Shown here piece by piece: positions 17,942-27,222 of a stretch of 58,139 nucleotides of DNA. The notes beneath the pieces are model-generated. The model ran no database searches. It had not been told where the DNA came from and saw only the letters and a list, made by a program, of their open reading frames with translations. A program made the position numbers and the translations under genes. This stretch comes from a virus (taxonomy: Duplodnaviria; Caudoviricetes). Position 1 is the stretch's first letter, and each line of letters starts with the position of its first letter. The stretch covers positions 1-58,139 of the IMG/VR virus record IMGVR_UViG_3300039828_000001; one strand, written 5' to 3'.

Positions 17942-20055
17942 GCAGCAACTCGGGCGCGTGGGGCATCGCGATGTGGCGCGACGACTCCGGCACGCAGGGC
18001 GAGGGCATCTCGCTCTCGGGCGGAGACGCGATCGACTCGGCGCTGCCGACCGACCCGCTCGGCTGCCTCAACGCGCCACCCGACGGGCTCGGCCTGCCCG
18101 GCATCCGGGCCGGAGATGTGGTCTTCGCGCAGACCGACGGCGTGGTTCAGTTCGAGGACTTCTACGAGAACCGGATCCTCACGTTCCGGGCGACGATCTG
18201 CAACGACGGTTGCCCCGGCTGCCCGACCGGCCGGGCGAAGGCGAAGCGGCTCCTTCGGGAGTGGTCCCGGACGTGCACTGGGGCGACGCTCGCGATCTTC
18301 ACCGACTGCCACGACCCGGACGCGACGAATGAAGAGCGCGTCGTCACGGGTCCGTACCTCGTGCGCGGACGGCCGCGCGCGGCGGACCTCACCTGGTCTA
18401 CGTCCGACCTCGGGTGCGCCGATGTGTTGCTGCGCTTCGACGCGCAGGACCACCGGCTCGTGATCTTGCCGGAGGAGAACGACGCGGCCTCGCCGTGGAC
18501 CGGAACGCTGTGCGAGGACGTGCTCACCGAAGGCGACGCGGCGCGGGTGAACGACCTGCTCGACCCGCGCCAACGCGCGACGGCGTGGGCGCTCGGCGGC
18601 GGCACCGCGACGCAGACTCGCCCGACGACCGGAGGCCCGCACAACCAGGGCTACTTCCAGCAGGCCATGACGGTGCAGAACGCCTCGAACATGACGATTC
18701 CCCAGGCCGGGACCGGTACGAGTGGTCGGCCGGTCGTCGCTGGGCAGAAGGTCTACGTCTCGGCCTATTGGTACAAGTCCGTCACGACGGGCGTACAGCG
18801 CATCGACGTGGCTTGGTACGACGCGGCGGGCGTGCTCCTGTCCACAACGGCAGGCTCGGATCTCGCCATCGCCACGGCTAACGTGTGGTGGCGCGCGGGG
18901 CAGTCGTTCACGGCTCCGGCGAACGCAGCGTTCTACACGCCCATTCTGACGTGGAACGGCACCTACACGGCCGGTACGACGGTGCGCGTGGCGGATGCCC
19001 TGGCCGAGGTCTTCGAGGCAGCCGAGACCTCCGCCGAGGGCATCTACTTCGACGGCGCGTGGCTCGGCTCGTGGACCGGGACGGCAGACGCCTCGACCTC
19101 GACCAGCCGCGTAGCGCGGATCAACTATGCCTGGGACCCGCGCGGCACGACCGGCTCGCAGTGGGCGGTCAATGGTGGCTCAGGCTCGTCTGTCGCGGAA
19201 TCGCTGCTCACCAGCCAGTCGGACGGGCCGGTCATCTCAGGTGTCACGACCGACACCTACGTCAGGTACACCTGGCTCACCGGCAACTCTGGCGGCACTC
19301 CGAGTGTGCAGTACTCGGCGCTGCACGTTCCGACCGAGGCGTTCGAGATTGGTGATCAGGTTACGGTCTCGTTGTACGTGCGGCCGTCCATCGCGATCGC
19401 CGCGCACACCGTCTTCCTCTCCCAGCAGGTGAACGGCGCTGACGGTGCGAACGTCAACGGCGCAGCCGAAGGCGCGCTCACTGCGAACGTGTGGACGCGG
19501 GTCGATGCGACGCTGACGCTGACCGTCTACGCGGAGGGCATCAACGAGGCAGGCGTCTCCTTCGGAACGGTGAACTTCCCCACCGGCACGACCGTGGACG
19601 TGGCCTACGCGCTCATCGAGCGCGTCGGCGCGACCGACGACTACTTCGACGGCAACTCCGACCTGAGCGTGTGGCAGGGCACGGAGAACGCCTCGATCAG
19701 CCTCCAGGGCGAAGGCGAGGCGGCGGCGGTCGGCACCGACGTGACCGTGGTCGGGGACCTGTGCGCGTACCCGGTCTTCGAACTGACCGGCCCACTGACC
19801 GGCCCCATCACGATCTACTACGACGGCGACTCGACCATCGTCTACAACGGCGACATCGGCGTGGACGATGCTCCGGTGTTCATCGACACGCGCTACACGC
19901 GGGCCTACCAGGCCGGGGTCGACGTGTCAGCGAACCTGTCCGGTAGCCTCGCCGCAGCGCTCCCTCTCGGGACGACGATGATCACCGTGACCAGCGGCCC
20001 GCTGGACACGGGAACTGTACAGATTTGCTGGCAGAATGCGGTGATTTCCGGATGA
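17938..20055 (+). CDS. minor tail protein (Dit-like with inserted carbohydrate-binding modules)
   Basis: First gene after tape measure; two repeats ending YFDG...W.GT..AS.S. Confidence 0.75.
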   Translation: MSSNSGAWGIAMWRDDSGTQGEGISLSGGDAIDSALPTDPLGCLNAPPDGLGLPGIRAGDVVFAQTDGVVQFEDFYENRILTFRATICNDGCPGCPTGRAKAKRLLREWSRTCTGATLAIFTDCHDPDATNEERVVTGPYLVRGRPRAADLTWSTSDLGCADVLLRFDAQDHRLVILPEENDAASPWTGTLCEDVLTEGDAARVNDLLDPRQRATAWALGGGTATQTRPTTGGPHNQGYFQQAMTVQNASNMTIPQAGTGTSGRPVVAGQKVYVSAYWYKSVTTGVQRIDVAWYDAAGVLLSTTAGSDLAIATANVWWRAGQSFTAPANAAFYTPILTWNGTYTAGTTVRVADALAEVFEAAETSAEGIYFDGAWLGSWTGTADASTSTSRVARINYAWDPRGTTGSQWAVNGGSGSSVAESLLTSQSDGPVISGVTTDTYVRYTWLTGNSGGTPSVQYSALHVPTEAFEIGDQVTVSLYVRPSIAIAAHTVFLSQQVNGADGANVNGAAEGALTANVWTRVDATLTLTVYAEGINEAGVSFGTVNFPTGTTVDVAYALIERVGATDDYFDGNSDLSVWQGTENASISLQGEGEAAAVGTDVTVVGDLCAYPVFELTGPLTGPITIYYDGDSTIVYNGDIGVDDAPVFIDTRYTRAYQAGVDVSANLSGSLAAALPLGTTMITVTSGPLDTGTVQICWQNAVISG

Positions 20056-21320
20056 CGGTTGCGTGCGAGTGTGCCTCGAACTGGCGCGTCGAGTTGGTCG
20101 AACTAACGACTGGCTCGGTCGTGTCTGTCATCGTGCCGGTCTCGTTCGAGTTCCAGTCGAACTTCCTCACTCCGGGGCGAGGCTCGATCACCTTCCACCG
20201 CAAGGGCGTCGGCAACGCGAGCGACATCCTGGTGGGGTTGGGCAGCCAGCCGGTGTACGTGCCGATCTTCGACATGTACCCGCGCCGCATCGGCATCTAC
20301 ATCTCGCGCCTCGCAGGCGGGGCGGCGACCGGCCTAAACCCGGTTCCGATGTTCGCTGGGATCGTGGACTCGATGTCGGGCGCGGCGAACGGCCTCGTGA
20401 CGCTCGGGTTCTTCGAGATCCAGCAATACCTGAACTACCGGGTCATCCGGACTGACCTCACGTTCACCGCCATCGACCAGACCGAGATCGCGCGCCAGTT
20501 GGTGCTGTACGCGCGCGGGGAGAACACCCTCGGCGGCTCGACCGACCCGGATGCGGGTGTCGATGACATCCGCCTGTTCGCGGACTCGAACCCGACGCTG
20601 GGCACGAACCGGGACCGGACGTACAAGGCGGACGAGCGCCCGACCATCGGCCGGATGCTCGACAATCTGATGGGCGTGATCGGGGGCCCCGTCTACCAGA
20701 TGTCGCACTCGCGCTCGGCGGCGGGCGTGTGGACCTCCACGATGGAGTGGTACGACAAGGTGCCGCAGACGGTCATCCAGACCATCTCGGCGGCGAACGT
20801 GACGGACTTCTCGTTCGCGCTGGAGGGCAACGAACTCGGCAACCTGATCGACGCGTTCGGCAAGCCGGACCCGGACGGGACGCCGCTCATCGCCACGGAC
20901 AACGCCACCGGCTCGCTGCTCATGTCGATGCCCCGGTATGACGCGACGCCCGGCTACCCGACGGTCTCGGACTTCAACGAGTTGCTGGAGAACGCTCAGG
21001 GGTACGCGGTCGAACACCTCGACGTGGCGGCGGAGTTCCAGTTCGCTTTCTCGGGCCTTGACTTCACCGGACCTAACGGCCTCGATCCGCTCGACATCGG
21101 AGACCTCGTGCCGGGAAACCACATCTACGTCGATGTCATCTCGCAGAACTGGCGGATCACGGCGGACGAGAGCCTGCCGACCGCGCTCACGCGCCTCGGC
21201 TCGGTCTCGGTCAGCGTGCAGCCGGAGGGCCCCGAGCGAGTCTCGGCCCAGGTCATCGCTGAGGGCATGGACAACATCGCCTCCCAGGACGGCTTCTTCT
21301 ACCCCTGCGTGGACTGCTGA
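20052..21320 (+). CDS. minor tail protein
   Basis: Position in tail operon; DQTEIARQLV / RDRTY motifs. Confidence 0.75.
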   Translation: MTVACECASNWRVELVELTTGSVVSVIVPVSFEFQSNFLTPGRGSITFHRKGVGNASDILVGLGSQPVYVPIFDMYPRRIGIYISRLAGGAATGLNPVPMFAGIVDSMSGAANGLVTLGFFEIQQYLNYRVIRTDLTFTAIDQTEIARQLVLYARGENTLGGSTDPDAGVDDIRLFADSNPTLGTNRDRTYKADERPTIGRMLDNLMGVIGGPVYQMSHSRSAAGVWTSTMEWYDKVPQTVIQTISAANVTDFSFALEGNELGNLIDAFGKPDPDGTPLIATDNATGSLLMSMPRYDATPGYPTVSDFNELLENAQGYAVEHLDVAAEFQFAFSGLDFTGPNGLDPLDIGDLVPGNHIYVDVISQNWRITADESLPTALTRLGSVSVSVQPEGPERVSAQVIAEGMDNIASQDGFFYPCVDC

Positions 21321-21931
21321 TGGCCGGGGCAGGGCAGGTCGCGCGGGGCTGGGACCTCGACCGGATCATCCGGAACTACGAGCAGCGCATCAACACGCTG
21401 GAGAAGTTGGCGCGCGGCGCGGGCACCTCGGCGTTCCTGGTGGACACGCCCCGATGGCGCTCGACGCTTGCCGCGAACGCGACCATCACCTCAGGGTCGT
21501 TCGCAAACATCGGGTTCGCCACGGCGGGCTCTGCACCTGCTCACAGCCCAGGCTCTCCCGCGTTCATGCAGTACATCACCCCGGGGGGCGAGCCCCGGTA
21601 CCAGTTGGATCGCGACGGCCTCTACTACATCAAGATGTCGATCCAGTGGAACGGGACGGCGGGGACGGGTGTGCGCAAGGGGCACATCTTCGAGAACGCG
21701 ACGGCCACGCCGATCGACTCGTACGAGCAGGCAAGCACGAGCGGCAACGGCATGATGGAGTCGGTGCACACCATCTACCCGTTCCTTGCCGGGCAGTATT
21801 TCCGGGTAGGCGTCTTCCAGAACTCGGGCGGCAACCTGGACATCCTGTCAACGGGGAGCGGATCGGCAACGGACCCACGTGCTGCGTCAAGCCTCATCGT
21901 GGTTCCGATCGGGGCGTACGACGTGGCCTGA
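21320..21931 (+). CDS. minor tail protein / receptor-binding head-like
   Basis: Coiled-coil N-terminus; C1q-like DGLYYI...FQNSGG C-terminus. Confidence 0.7.
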   Translation: MAGAGQVARGWDLDRIIRNYEQRINTLEKLARGAGTSAFLVDTPRWRSTLAANATITSGSFANIGFATAGSAPAHSPGSPAFMQYITPGGEPRYQLDRDGLYYIKMSIQWNGTAGTGVRKGHIFENATATPIDSYEQASTSGNGMMESVHTIYPFLAGQYFRVGVFQNSGGNLDILSTGSGSATDPRAASSLIVVPIGAYDVA

Positions 21932-21980
21932 GACTTCACCCGTTCGGGCAGGTTGACAACCGGTCAAGGTACCCTCCGGC

Positions 21981-22433
21981 ATGGCTCGTGACGTACCCCG
22001 AAAGGCCGCTGCAATGCTCTCGATCACCGCTCTCGTAATCGCCAGCACGCCTGCCCCGACCGAGCAGGTGGCGGAGACCCTGGTCAACACGCCCACCTCG
22101 CTCGTAGCCACGCTCGGCTCGGTGGCGTCGCTCGCGATCGTCGGAGCGTTGGTCTGGGTCGGGCGCATCGTGAAGCAGCGGCTGGAGCGGGTGCTGAACC
22201 AGACGGAGAACAGCCACCAGGCGACTGACTACCCGAACCTGCGAGATGAACTCACGGCAACGCGGCAAGCAGCGGAGCAAGCCGTCACGGTAGTCGGAGA
22301 CCTGGCGCAGACCGTGCGCGACGACCGCACGTCGGCGCGCGCCGAGACCGAGGGCGTGCGGCAGGACCTCCGAGCGCTCTCACAGCGCCTCGACCTCCAC
22401 ATCGTGGAGACGATCCGCTCCCAGAAGCAGTAG
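21981..22433 (+). CDS. membrane protein (DUF2746-like)
   Basis: TM helix then QTENSH...NLRDEL coiled coil; TACCCT -10 just upstream (leaderless). Confidence 0.65.
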   Translation: MARDVPRKAAAMLSITALVIASTPAPTEQVAETLVNTPTSLVATLGSVASLAIVGALVWVGRIVKQRLERVLNQTENSHQATDYPNLRDELTATRQAAEQAVTVVGDLAQTVRDDRTSARAETEGVRQDLRALSQRLDLHIVETIRSQKQ

Positions 22434-22514
22434 CCGCCCCGTAGGGGCGATGAGAACGGCCCGACAGGGAAACTCCCCTGCCGGGCCGCTTGCGTCTCTC
22501 AGCGGGGCTCCTCG

Positions 22515-23615
22515 TCAGTCGTGGAGGGACGTACGTCGGGCAGCCGCCCGCTCGTACGCCTTCGCCCAATCGTTCGCCCGTACTTCGAGGGTGAGGTGCC
22601 GGGCGGCGTCGCGAGCCTGAGTCTGGGCGTCCCACAGCGCGGGCGGGTGCGTGACCAGTTCTTCGAGCGCGAACTTCCACGCGCCGACCGTGCTCACGAC
22701 CGAGACGGCGGAGACCGCCTTCCCGAGCAGCCGGTTCGCGGGAGTTTCCGACGCGACGACGGCGAGCCCTCGGCCTGCGTACTCCAGCGCCTTCAGCCAC
22801 GACTTCGCGGCGTTGAACTTCGAGTCCGCCAGGGGCACGATCCCGACATCGAACACGTCGAGTGCTGCGTGATAGTCGGCCAGCGAGACCGCCGGGTGCA
22901 CGGTGACCTCGTGCGGGTCGAGCCCGAACGCCTTCGCCGCGCGGTCGCCACCCCCACCGACGACGTGCAGTTCCGCACCGAGTTCGCGTACGGCCCACGC
23001 AACAGCCGGAGCCGCAACGTCGAGGTCGTGCGGGTGGACGCCGAGACTTCCCGCCCATCCGATACGTACCGGGTCGCCGTTGCGCTTCGCCCGCCTGTCA
23101 CGGATGTCGTCCCATGAGGCGAGTGCACGGTCCGGCAGGTAGTTCGGGATCACCTCAGTACGGCCGTGCTCGCCGTAGCGCTTCGCGAGAGCGCTCGTCG
23201 TGACTGTGACAAGATCCGCAACACGCGCAGCGTCGTCACACCAGCGCCAGTGCACATCGTCACCGCGCGGGCCGCGACCGTTCCAGTCCCGCCATGCCAC
23301 GTTGTCACGGTCGATCGCCCACATCGCGTCATCGAAGTCCACGACGACGGCGACGCCCTGGCGCTGGCACCAGCGCATGAACTCGACCGAGTTCGGAGAG
23401 CCGACGCGCTGAAGGTGCACCACGTCTACGCCGTCGAGGTCGAGTCCGCGTACCACGAACTCTCGCGTGTACGGGTTGCGCGCGAACTGGAACGTGCGCG
23501 GGTTGACCGTCCGCACGTCCCAGTCCGGCCGCGCGAGCGCGACCGCACGCGCGGGCCAGTGCACGCGGTACGACCCGCACGCGCCCGTGTCCGACGGGAT
23601 CGCCAGGACGCGCAT
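22515..23615 (-). CDS. glycosyltransferase (GT-B / GT4-like)
   Basis: GACGSYR, LQR, VVDFDD, IGWAGS and FNAAKSWLKALEYAGRG motifs. Confidence 0.85.
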   Translation of the reverse strand: MRVLAIPSDTGACGSYRVHWPARAVALARPDWDVRTVNPRTFQFARNPYTREFVVRGLDLDGVDVVHLQRVGSPNSVEFMRWCQRQGVAVVVDFDDAMWAIDRDNVAWRDWNGRGPRGDDVHWRWCDDAARVADLVTVTTSALAKRYGEHGRTEVIPNYLPDRALASWDDIRDRRAKRNGDPVRIGWAGSLGVHPHDLDVAAPAVAWAVRELGAELHVVGGGGDRAAKAFGLDPHEVTVHPAVSLADYHAALDVFDVGIVPLADSKFNAAKSWLKALEYAGRGLAVVASETPANRLLGKAVSAVSVVSTVGAWKFALEELVTHPPALWDAQTQARDAARHLTLEVRANDWAKAYERAAARRTSLHD

Positions 23616-23848
23616 CAGCCCCGCACCAGCAGGCCGTCGGAGGCGAGGGATCGCAGCGCGTTCAGGGCGAAATCGACCTCCGCGTAAGACGCCTCGCGCG
23701 CGACGCGCACTCGCGCGTCGTCCCAGGCCAGCGTCTCAACCTGCCCGGTCGGGCCCGAGTACAGCGGGTCCAACTCGTACAGCCGCTTCGCCAGCATGTC
23801 GCGCAGGCCGGGCGAGTCCAGGTCCAGCATCACTCGCAGATCCGTCAC
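23615..23848 (-). CDS. hypothetical protein
   Basis: GAAGGA RBS; translationally coupled to neighbours. Confidence 0.6.
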   Translation of the reverse strand: MTDLRVMLDLDSPGLRDMLAKRLYELDPLYSGPTGQVETLAWDDARVRVAREASYAEVDFALNALRSLASDGLLVRG

Positions 23849-24207
23849 GTTACGGGTCCTTCCGTGTCGTCGTTCTGTGTCAGCCCCAGCGCCTCGATCC
23901 ACGCCGCCTCGCGGCGGGCCTCGCGACGCTGGTCTGTTCTGTAGCAGATCTTGCACAGGCCGCGCCCGTGGTGTGGTCGCGTTACGCCCTCGGGCGGAGC
24001 GCTGCGCGTGCGCAGCGGCCATTCGCACCGGAGGCAGTGTGACGGCACCTCGGTCTTCGGGCGGGCTCCGGTCCGGTCACGTGACACGCACGTCGAGCAC
24101 AGACCATGCCCGCCGTACAGTCGCGTCCCGTCACGGTACGACTCGCTGTGACGGCGCACCGCGATGCCGCACCTGGTGCAGTGCGTCGTGCCGTCGTGCT
24201 TCACCAT
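23845..24207 (-). CDS. double Zn-finger protein
   Basis: Two HCxRC...GxGLCxxC repeats. Confidence 0.65.
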   Translation of the reverse strand: MVKHDGTTHCTRCGIAVRRHSESYRDGTRLYGGHGLCSTCVSRDRTGARPKTEVPSHCLRCEWPLRTRSAPPEGVTRPHHGRGLCKICYRTDQRREARREAAWIEALGLTQNDDTEGPVT

Positions 24208-24434
24208 GGCTCGACCCCGCGCCGCGCCGCTTCGGCGCGGTCACGTGACAGAGACGTGCGGCACGTTGCGGAGCAGGTGTGACGCCTACGGCCCGAGGCG
24301 AGCGGTAACGGTCCCTCGCAGTAACGGCACAGCGAGGGATCGTCACGCTTCTCGGCCCGCACGTCACGCAACCGCGCGCGCAGGCCCTCGACGGTCAGGT
24401 CGTGACGCGAGGCGACACGCTCCTCCACCGTCAC
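24201..24434 (-). CDS. Zn-finger hypothetical protein
   Basis: CRYC...CSATC. Confidence 0.55.
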   Translation of the reverse strand: MTVEERVASRHDLTVEGLRARLRDVRAEKRDDPSLCRYCEGPLPLASGRRRHTCSATCRTSLSRDRAEAARRGVEPW

Positions 24435-24685
24435 GTTTCGATCCGCATCGTGTAGCGGCTGTCACGCTTCAGCACTTCGTTCTTGACCCAGTGCTTCGCC
24501 GCGTTCTCAGCGCCGCGCCGGGTCAGCGTCTCCCCGAGAGCGGCTACGGCCTGGATCGTGAGCGGCTTTCCTCCAGTAGTCGAGAGGTTAGGCGGCGAGA
24601 CGGGGGCCAGCACACGCCACTCCCACCGGAGCCAGCCCATCCGGCGAACCGTCACGGTCCACACGATCTTCGCCTGCTCGCTCAT
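24431..24685 (-). CDS. hypothetical protein
   Basis: AAGGAG RBS; overlap coupling. Confidence 0.6.
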   Translation of the reverse strand: MSEQAKIVWTVTVRRMGWLRWEWRVLAPVSPPNLSTTGGKPLTIQAVAALGETLTRRGAENAAKHWVKNEVLKRDSRYTMRIET

Positions 24686-25044
24686 CCCCACTCCTTCCCG
24701 CTCACGCTGTCCCGGTGCCCGCCGCCGTGGTAGCGGCTCTTCGTGCAGAAGTGCACCGCGTTCGAGATGGTCGTACGGCTCGTCTGCCGCAGCGGCTCCT
24801 CGTGCTTCTCGTCGCAGCGCTCATCGCGCAGCGGCACTACGTTGTTCAACTCTGCCTCCTTTAGGTTGCTTGCGATCGCGCGCCGAGCGACCTCGGCGTC
24901 ACGGTTGGACAGCCACCGGCGGAACTCGGCGCGAGCGTCCTCCCGGCTCGGGTCTTCCCCGTCCGGGTCGGGGCAGCGCAAGACCTCCCACGCCACCTCG
25001 ATCAGGTGCGTGGGCGGGACCCACGCGAAGTCGTCGGCGGTCAT
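24682..25044 (-). CDS. hypothetical protein
   Basis: ATGA overlaps at both ends. Confidence 0.55.
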   Translation of the reverse strand: MTADDFAWVPPTHLIEVAWEVLRCPDPDGEDPSREDARAEFRRWLSNRDAEVARRAIASNLKEAELNNVVPLRDERCDEKHEEPLRQTSRTTISNAVHFCTKSRYHGGGHRDSVSGKEWG

Positions 25045-25172
25045 CCGGGGTCGCTCGGCAACTGGCCGGAGCACGCGAGGAAGACCCACGAAGCGCAGTA
25101 GAGCACGGCGCCCAACTTGATGAGCGTCCAGAGAGTCTTGAGGAAGGGCTCCGGCCCGTCGCCGTCCATCAT
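25041..25172 (-). CDS. small membrane protein
   Basis: GGGGAG RBS; one hydrophobic helix. Confidence 0.5.
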   Translation of the reverse strand: MMDGDGPEPFLKTLWTLIKLGAVLYCASWVFLACSGQLPSDPG

Positions 25173-25174
25173 GG

Positions 25175-25447
25175 CTACTCCCCCTGCCGAACCGGGACCA
25201 GCGCGAACGGGATCTGCTTCACGCCGACGCAGCCAGGCGTGCGCGAGGCGAACCGCTCAGCGATACCGCGAGAGGAGTTCATCTGAGGCGCGCCCGCCGT
25301 GTCCCACGGCCCGACGTAGAAGCACACGCGACCCTCGGCGTCGGTCAGCCACCAGGCGTCCCGGCGCACCTGCACGATCGCGAAGGCGGGCGGCTCGGTC
25401 ACGTACGACTCCGGCCGCCACACGAACATCCCGGCCACGCTACCCAT
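25175..25447 (-). CDS. hypothetical protein
   Basis: Operon spacing; GGAGG RBS. Confidence 0.55.
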   Translation of the reverse strand: MGSVAGMFVWRPESYVTEPPAFAIVQVRRDAWWLTDAEGRVCFYVGPWDTAGAPQMNSSRGIAERFASRTPGCVGVKQIPFALVPVRQGE

Positions 25448-25829
25448 CGCAGCGGCCCTCCCCGTTGTCGTAGTAGTCGCCCTTGGCGCACGCCCCGTAG
25501 ACGCTCGCCGGGACGCTCACCACGCCCTTGTCGTCGCCTTCCACGAGGTGCAGGCGGTAGTGCTCCGGGTCGTACTGGGGGCACGAATAGGGCACCTGGT
25601 ACGACTCGGTGACGCTCTGCGTGGTGGTCGTCGTGGTGGACTTCCCGTTCACGTACGTCGTCCGCGTGACGGGCCGGACCACGGTGCGGTATTCGGTCCG
25701 GTAGCAGGTGCCGATCCACGAGTCCGCGTCGTCGTACTCGCGCTTCGTGACGGTGCCCGAGGAGATGCCGCACGCGCTCAGCGCGAAGGCTGCGCCGACC
25801 GCGAGGGCGACGGCACGCCGCGCGCTCAT
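25440..25829 (-). CDS. lipoprotein
   Basis: Signal peptide with lipobox LSAC. Confidence 0.7.
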   Translation of the reverse strand: MSARRAVALAVGAAFALSACGISSGTVTKREYDDADSWIGTCYRTEYRTVVRPVTRTTYVNGKSTTTTTTQSVTESYQVPYSCPQYDPEHYRLHLVEGDDKGVVSVPASVYGACAKGDYYDNGEGRCDG

Positions 25830-26239
25830 GCGAGCATCATGGGAATCGCTCCGGTCTCCGTCTCGGGCGAGGCGGTGCGGCCGGTGATGCCGTGCAGCGC
25901 GTCGCGCCAGGACGACACGGCAGCCGCCACCGTCATCAGCGCGTCAGTCGCCGTCGAGGGCGTGCCGGACAGCGCGTACGAGAGGATCGCCTGATCGAGA
26001 TGCTGGCGGGCCTGCCCGCAGCGGCGAGCCTCGACGGCCCGCTCGAAGAAGCGGTGGGCGCCGCGCCGAACCATCTCGGGCAGCGCCTGCAGGTCGGCGG
26101 CGGTGACCCACGTCAGGCCGACGACGCGCGGCGCGTCGAGGTCGGGCAGGTCGGCCGGGTCGGGAACGTCGAAGTTCTCGGGCAGGTACGCGGCCTGGAT
26201 CAGCCGGTCTGGCACGCGGGCGAGGAGAAGAGTGCTCAT
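25826..26239 (-). CDS. hypothetical protein
   Basis: AAAGGA RBS. Confidence 0.65.
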   Translation of the reverse strand: MSTLLLARVPDRLIQAAYLPENFDVPDPADLPDLDAPRVVGLTWVTAADLQALPEMVRRGAHRFFERAVEARRCGQARQHLDQAILSYALSGTPSTATDALMTVAAAVSSWRDALHGITGRTASPETETGAIPMMLA

Positions 26240-26296
26240 GGTGCGGTCCTTTCGGTTGGGGCGAGCGCGGGGCCTTAGAGACCCGCGCTCAGTGGA

Positions 26297-26536
26297 TCAC
26301 TGGTCGCGCAGGTACGCGGTGCGCCGGTTGAAGTGGTCGCGGTCGGGCCGGTCCTTGCGAACGGCGTTGCCGGGAGACACGAGCCGGTCCCCGACGCCAC
26401 GTGCGGCCATTTCGAACGTGCCGCAGGCCGAGCACACGGGCGTCCGGTTGTCGTACCACGAGACCGTGGCGCGATCCGGCGTGAACTTGTCCCCGCAGCC
26501 GGGGCAGTTGCGCGGAGCGTTGTCCGTCTTTGCCAT
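26297..26536 (-). CDS. Zn-ribbon hypothetical protein
   Basis: CPGC...VCSACG; GGAGG RBS after the promoter motif. Confidence 0.65.
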   Translation of the reverse strand: MAKTDNAPRNCPGCGDKFTPDRATVSWYDNRTPVCSACGTFEMAARGVGDRLVSPGNAVRKDRPDRDHFNRRTAYLRDQ

Positions 26537-26553
26537 GTTTCCTCCGGTGAGTT

Positions 26554-26597
26554 GTGCTGACATACGTAAGCATACACAACCACACGCCTCAGCGCTA
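26554..26597 (-). promoter_or_regulatory. phage promoter-operator copy
   Basis: Reverse complement reads TAGCGC-N17-TATGCTTACGTATGTCAGCAC. Confidence 0.85.
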
Positions 26598-26840
26598 CCC
26601 CGCGTTCGCGTAGTCCTCCAAGTCGAGGAGACCGCGCTCCCGCACCTCCGAAGAGTTGCGGGCGCGCAGCATCTCTCGCCACGCCTGCATCGAGCGGTGA
26701 TGCCGGGCACGACCGAACGCTTCGGCCGCCTGCATCGTCTCGAAGAAGATGGGCTCCTCCAGGTTGACGACGAGCCCGTTGAACCGAAGGCCCTCGACAG
26801 ACTCGGGCACGTCGGGCTCGGTGTTGGGGTCGATCGTCAC
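26595..26840 (-). CDS. hypothetical protein
   Basis: GTGA overlap with the RHH gene. Confidence 0.6.
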   Translation of the reverse strand: MTIDPNTEPDVPESVEGLRFNGLVVNLEEPIFFETMQAAEAFGRARHHRSMQAWREMLRARNSSEVRERGLLDLEDYANAG

Positions 26841-27175
26841 GCCTCGGCGTCCTCTCGCGCGGCGCGCCGCTTCTCGGTCGTGGTCACGAAGGTCACGAGG
26901 AACTTCGTGATCGCGTTGCTCAGCGTCTCGCCGTTGCTCCGGGCCTTGGTCTTCGCCGTGGCCCAGGTGTCCTTGTTCGCGTAAAACGTCGCGATCTTGC
27001 GCGGCTCAGCGCCGTTGGGGCGGCGAGCCAGGCCCATCGTCGCGCTCGGCGGAGAGTCGCTGATGATGTAGTTGTCGAGGAACGTCCCGATGATGGTGCT
27101 GAGCGGCTTATCGATGGACGCTGATGCGTCCTTCGCCCGTTCCCACAGGTCGCCGTCTATACGGATGGTAGGCAC
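26837..27175 (-). CDS. tandem ribbon-helix-helix DNA-binding protein
   Basis: Two RHH-like units (TIRIDGDLWERAK...LSTIIGTFL and ATFYANKDTWATAK...LSNAITKFL); AAGGAGG RBS. Confidence 0.7.
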   Translation of the reverse strand: MPTIRIDGDLWERAKDASASIDKPLSTIIGTFLDNYIISDSPPSATMGLARRPNGAEPRKIATFYANKDTWATAKTKARSNGETLSNAITKFLVTFVTTTEKRRAAREDAEA

Positions 27176-27196
27176 GATTCACCTCCTTGTAGTGTT

Positions 27197-27211
27197 ACTT
27201 ACGTAGTAAGT
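27197..27211 (-). promoter_or_regulatory. operator variant upstream of the RHH gene
   Basis: Palindrome ACTTAC-GTA-GTAAGT overlapping a TAGACT -10-like box. Confidence 0.55.
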
Positions 27212-27222
27212 CTAGCAGGCTG

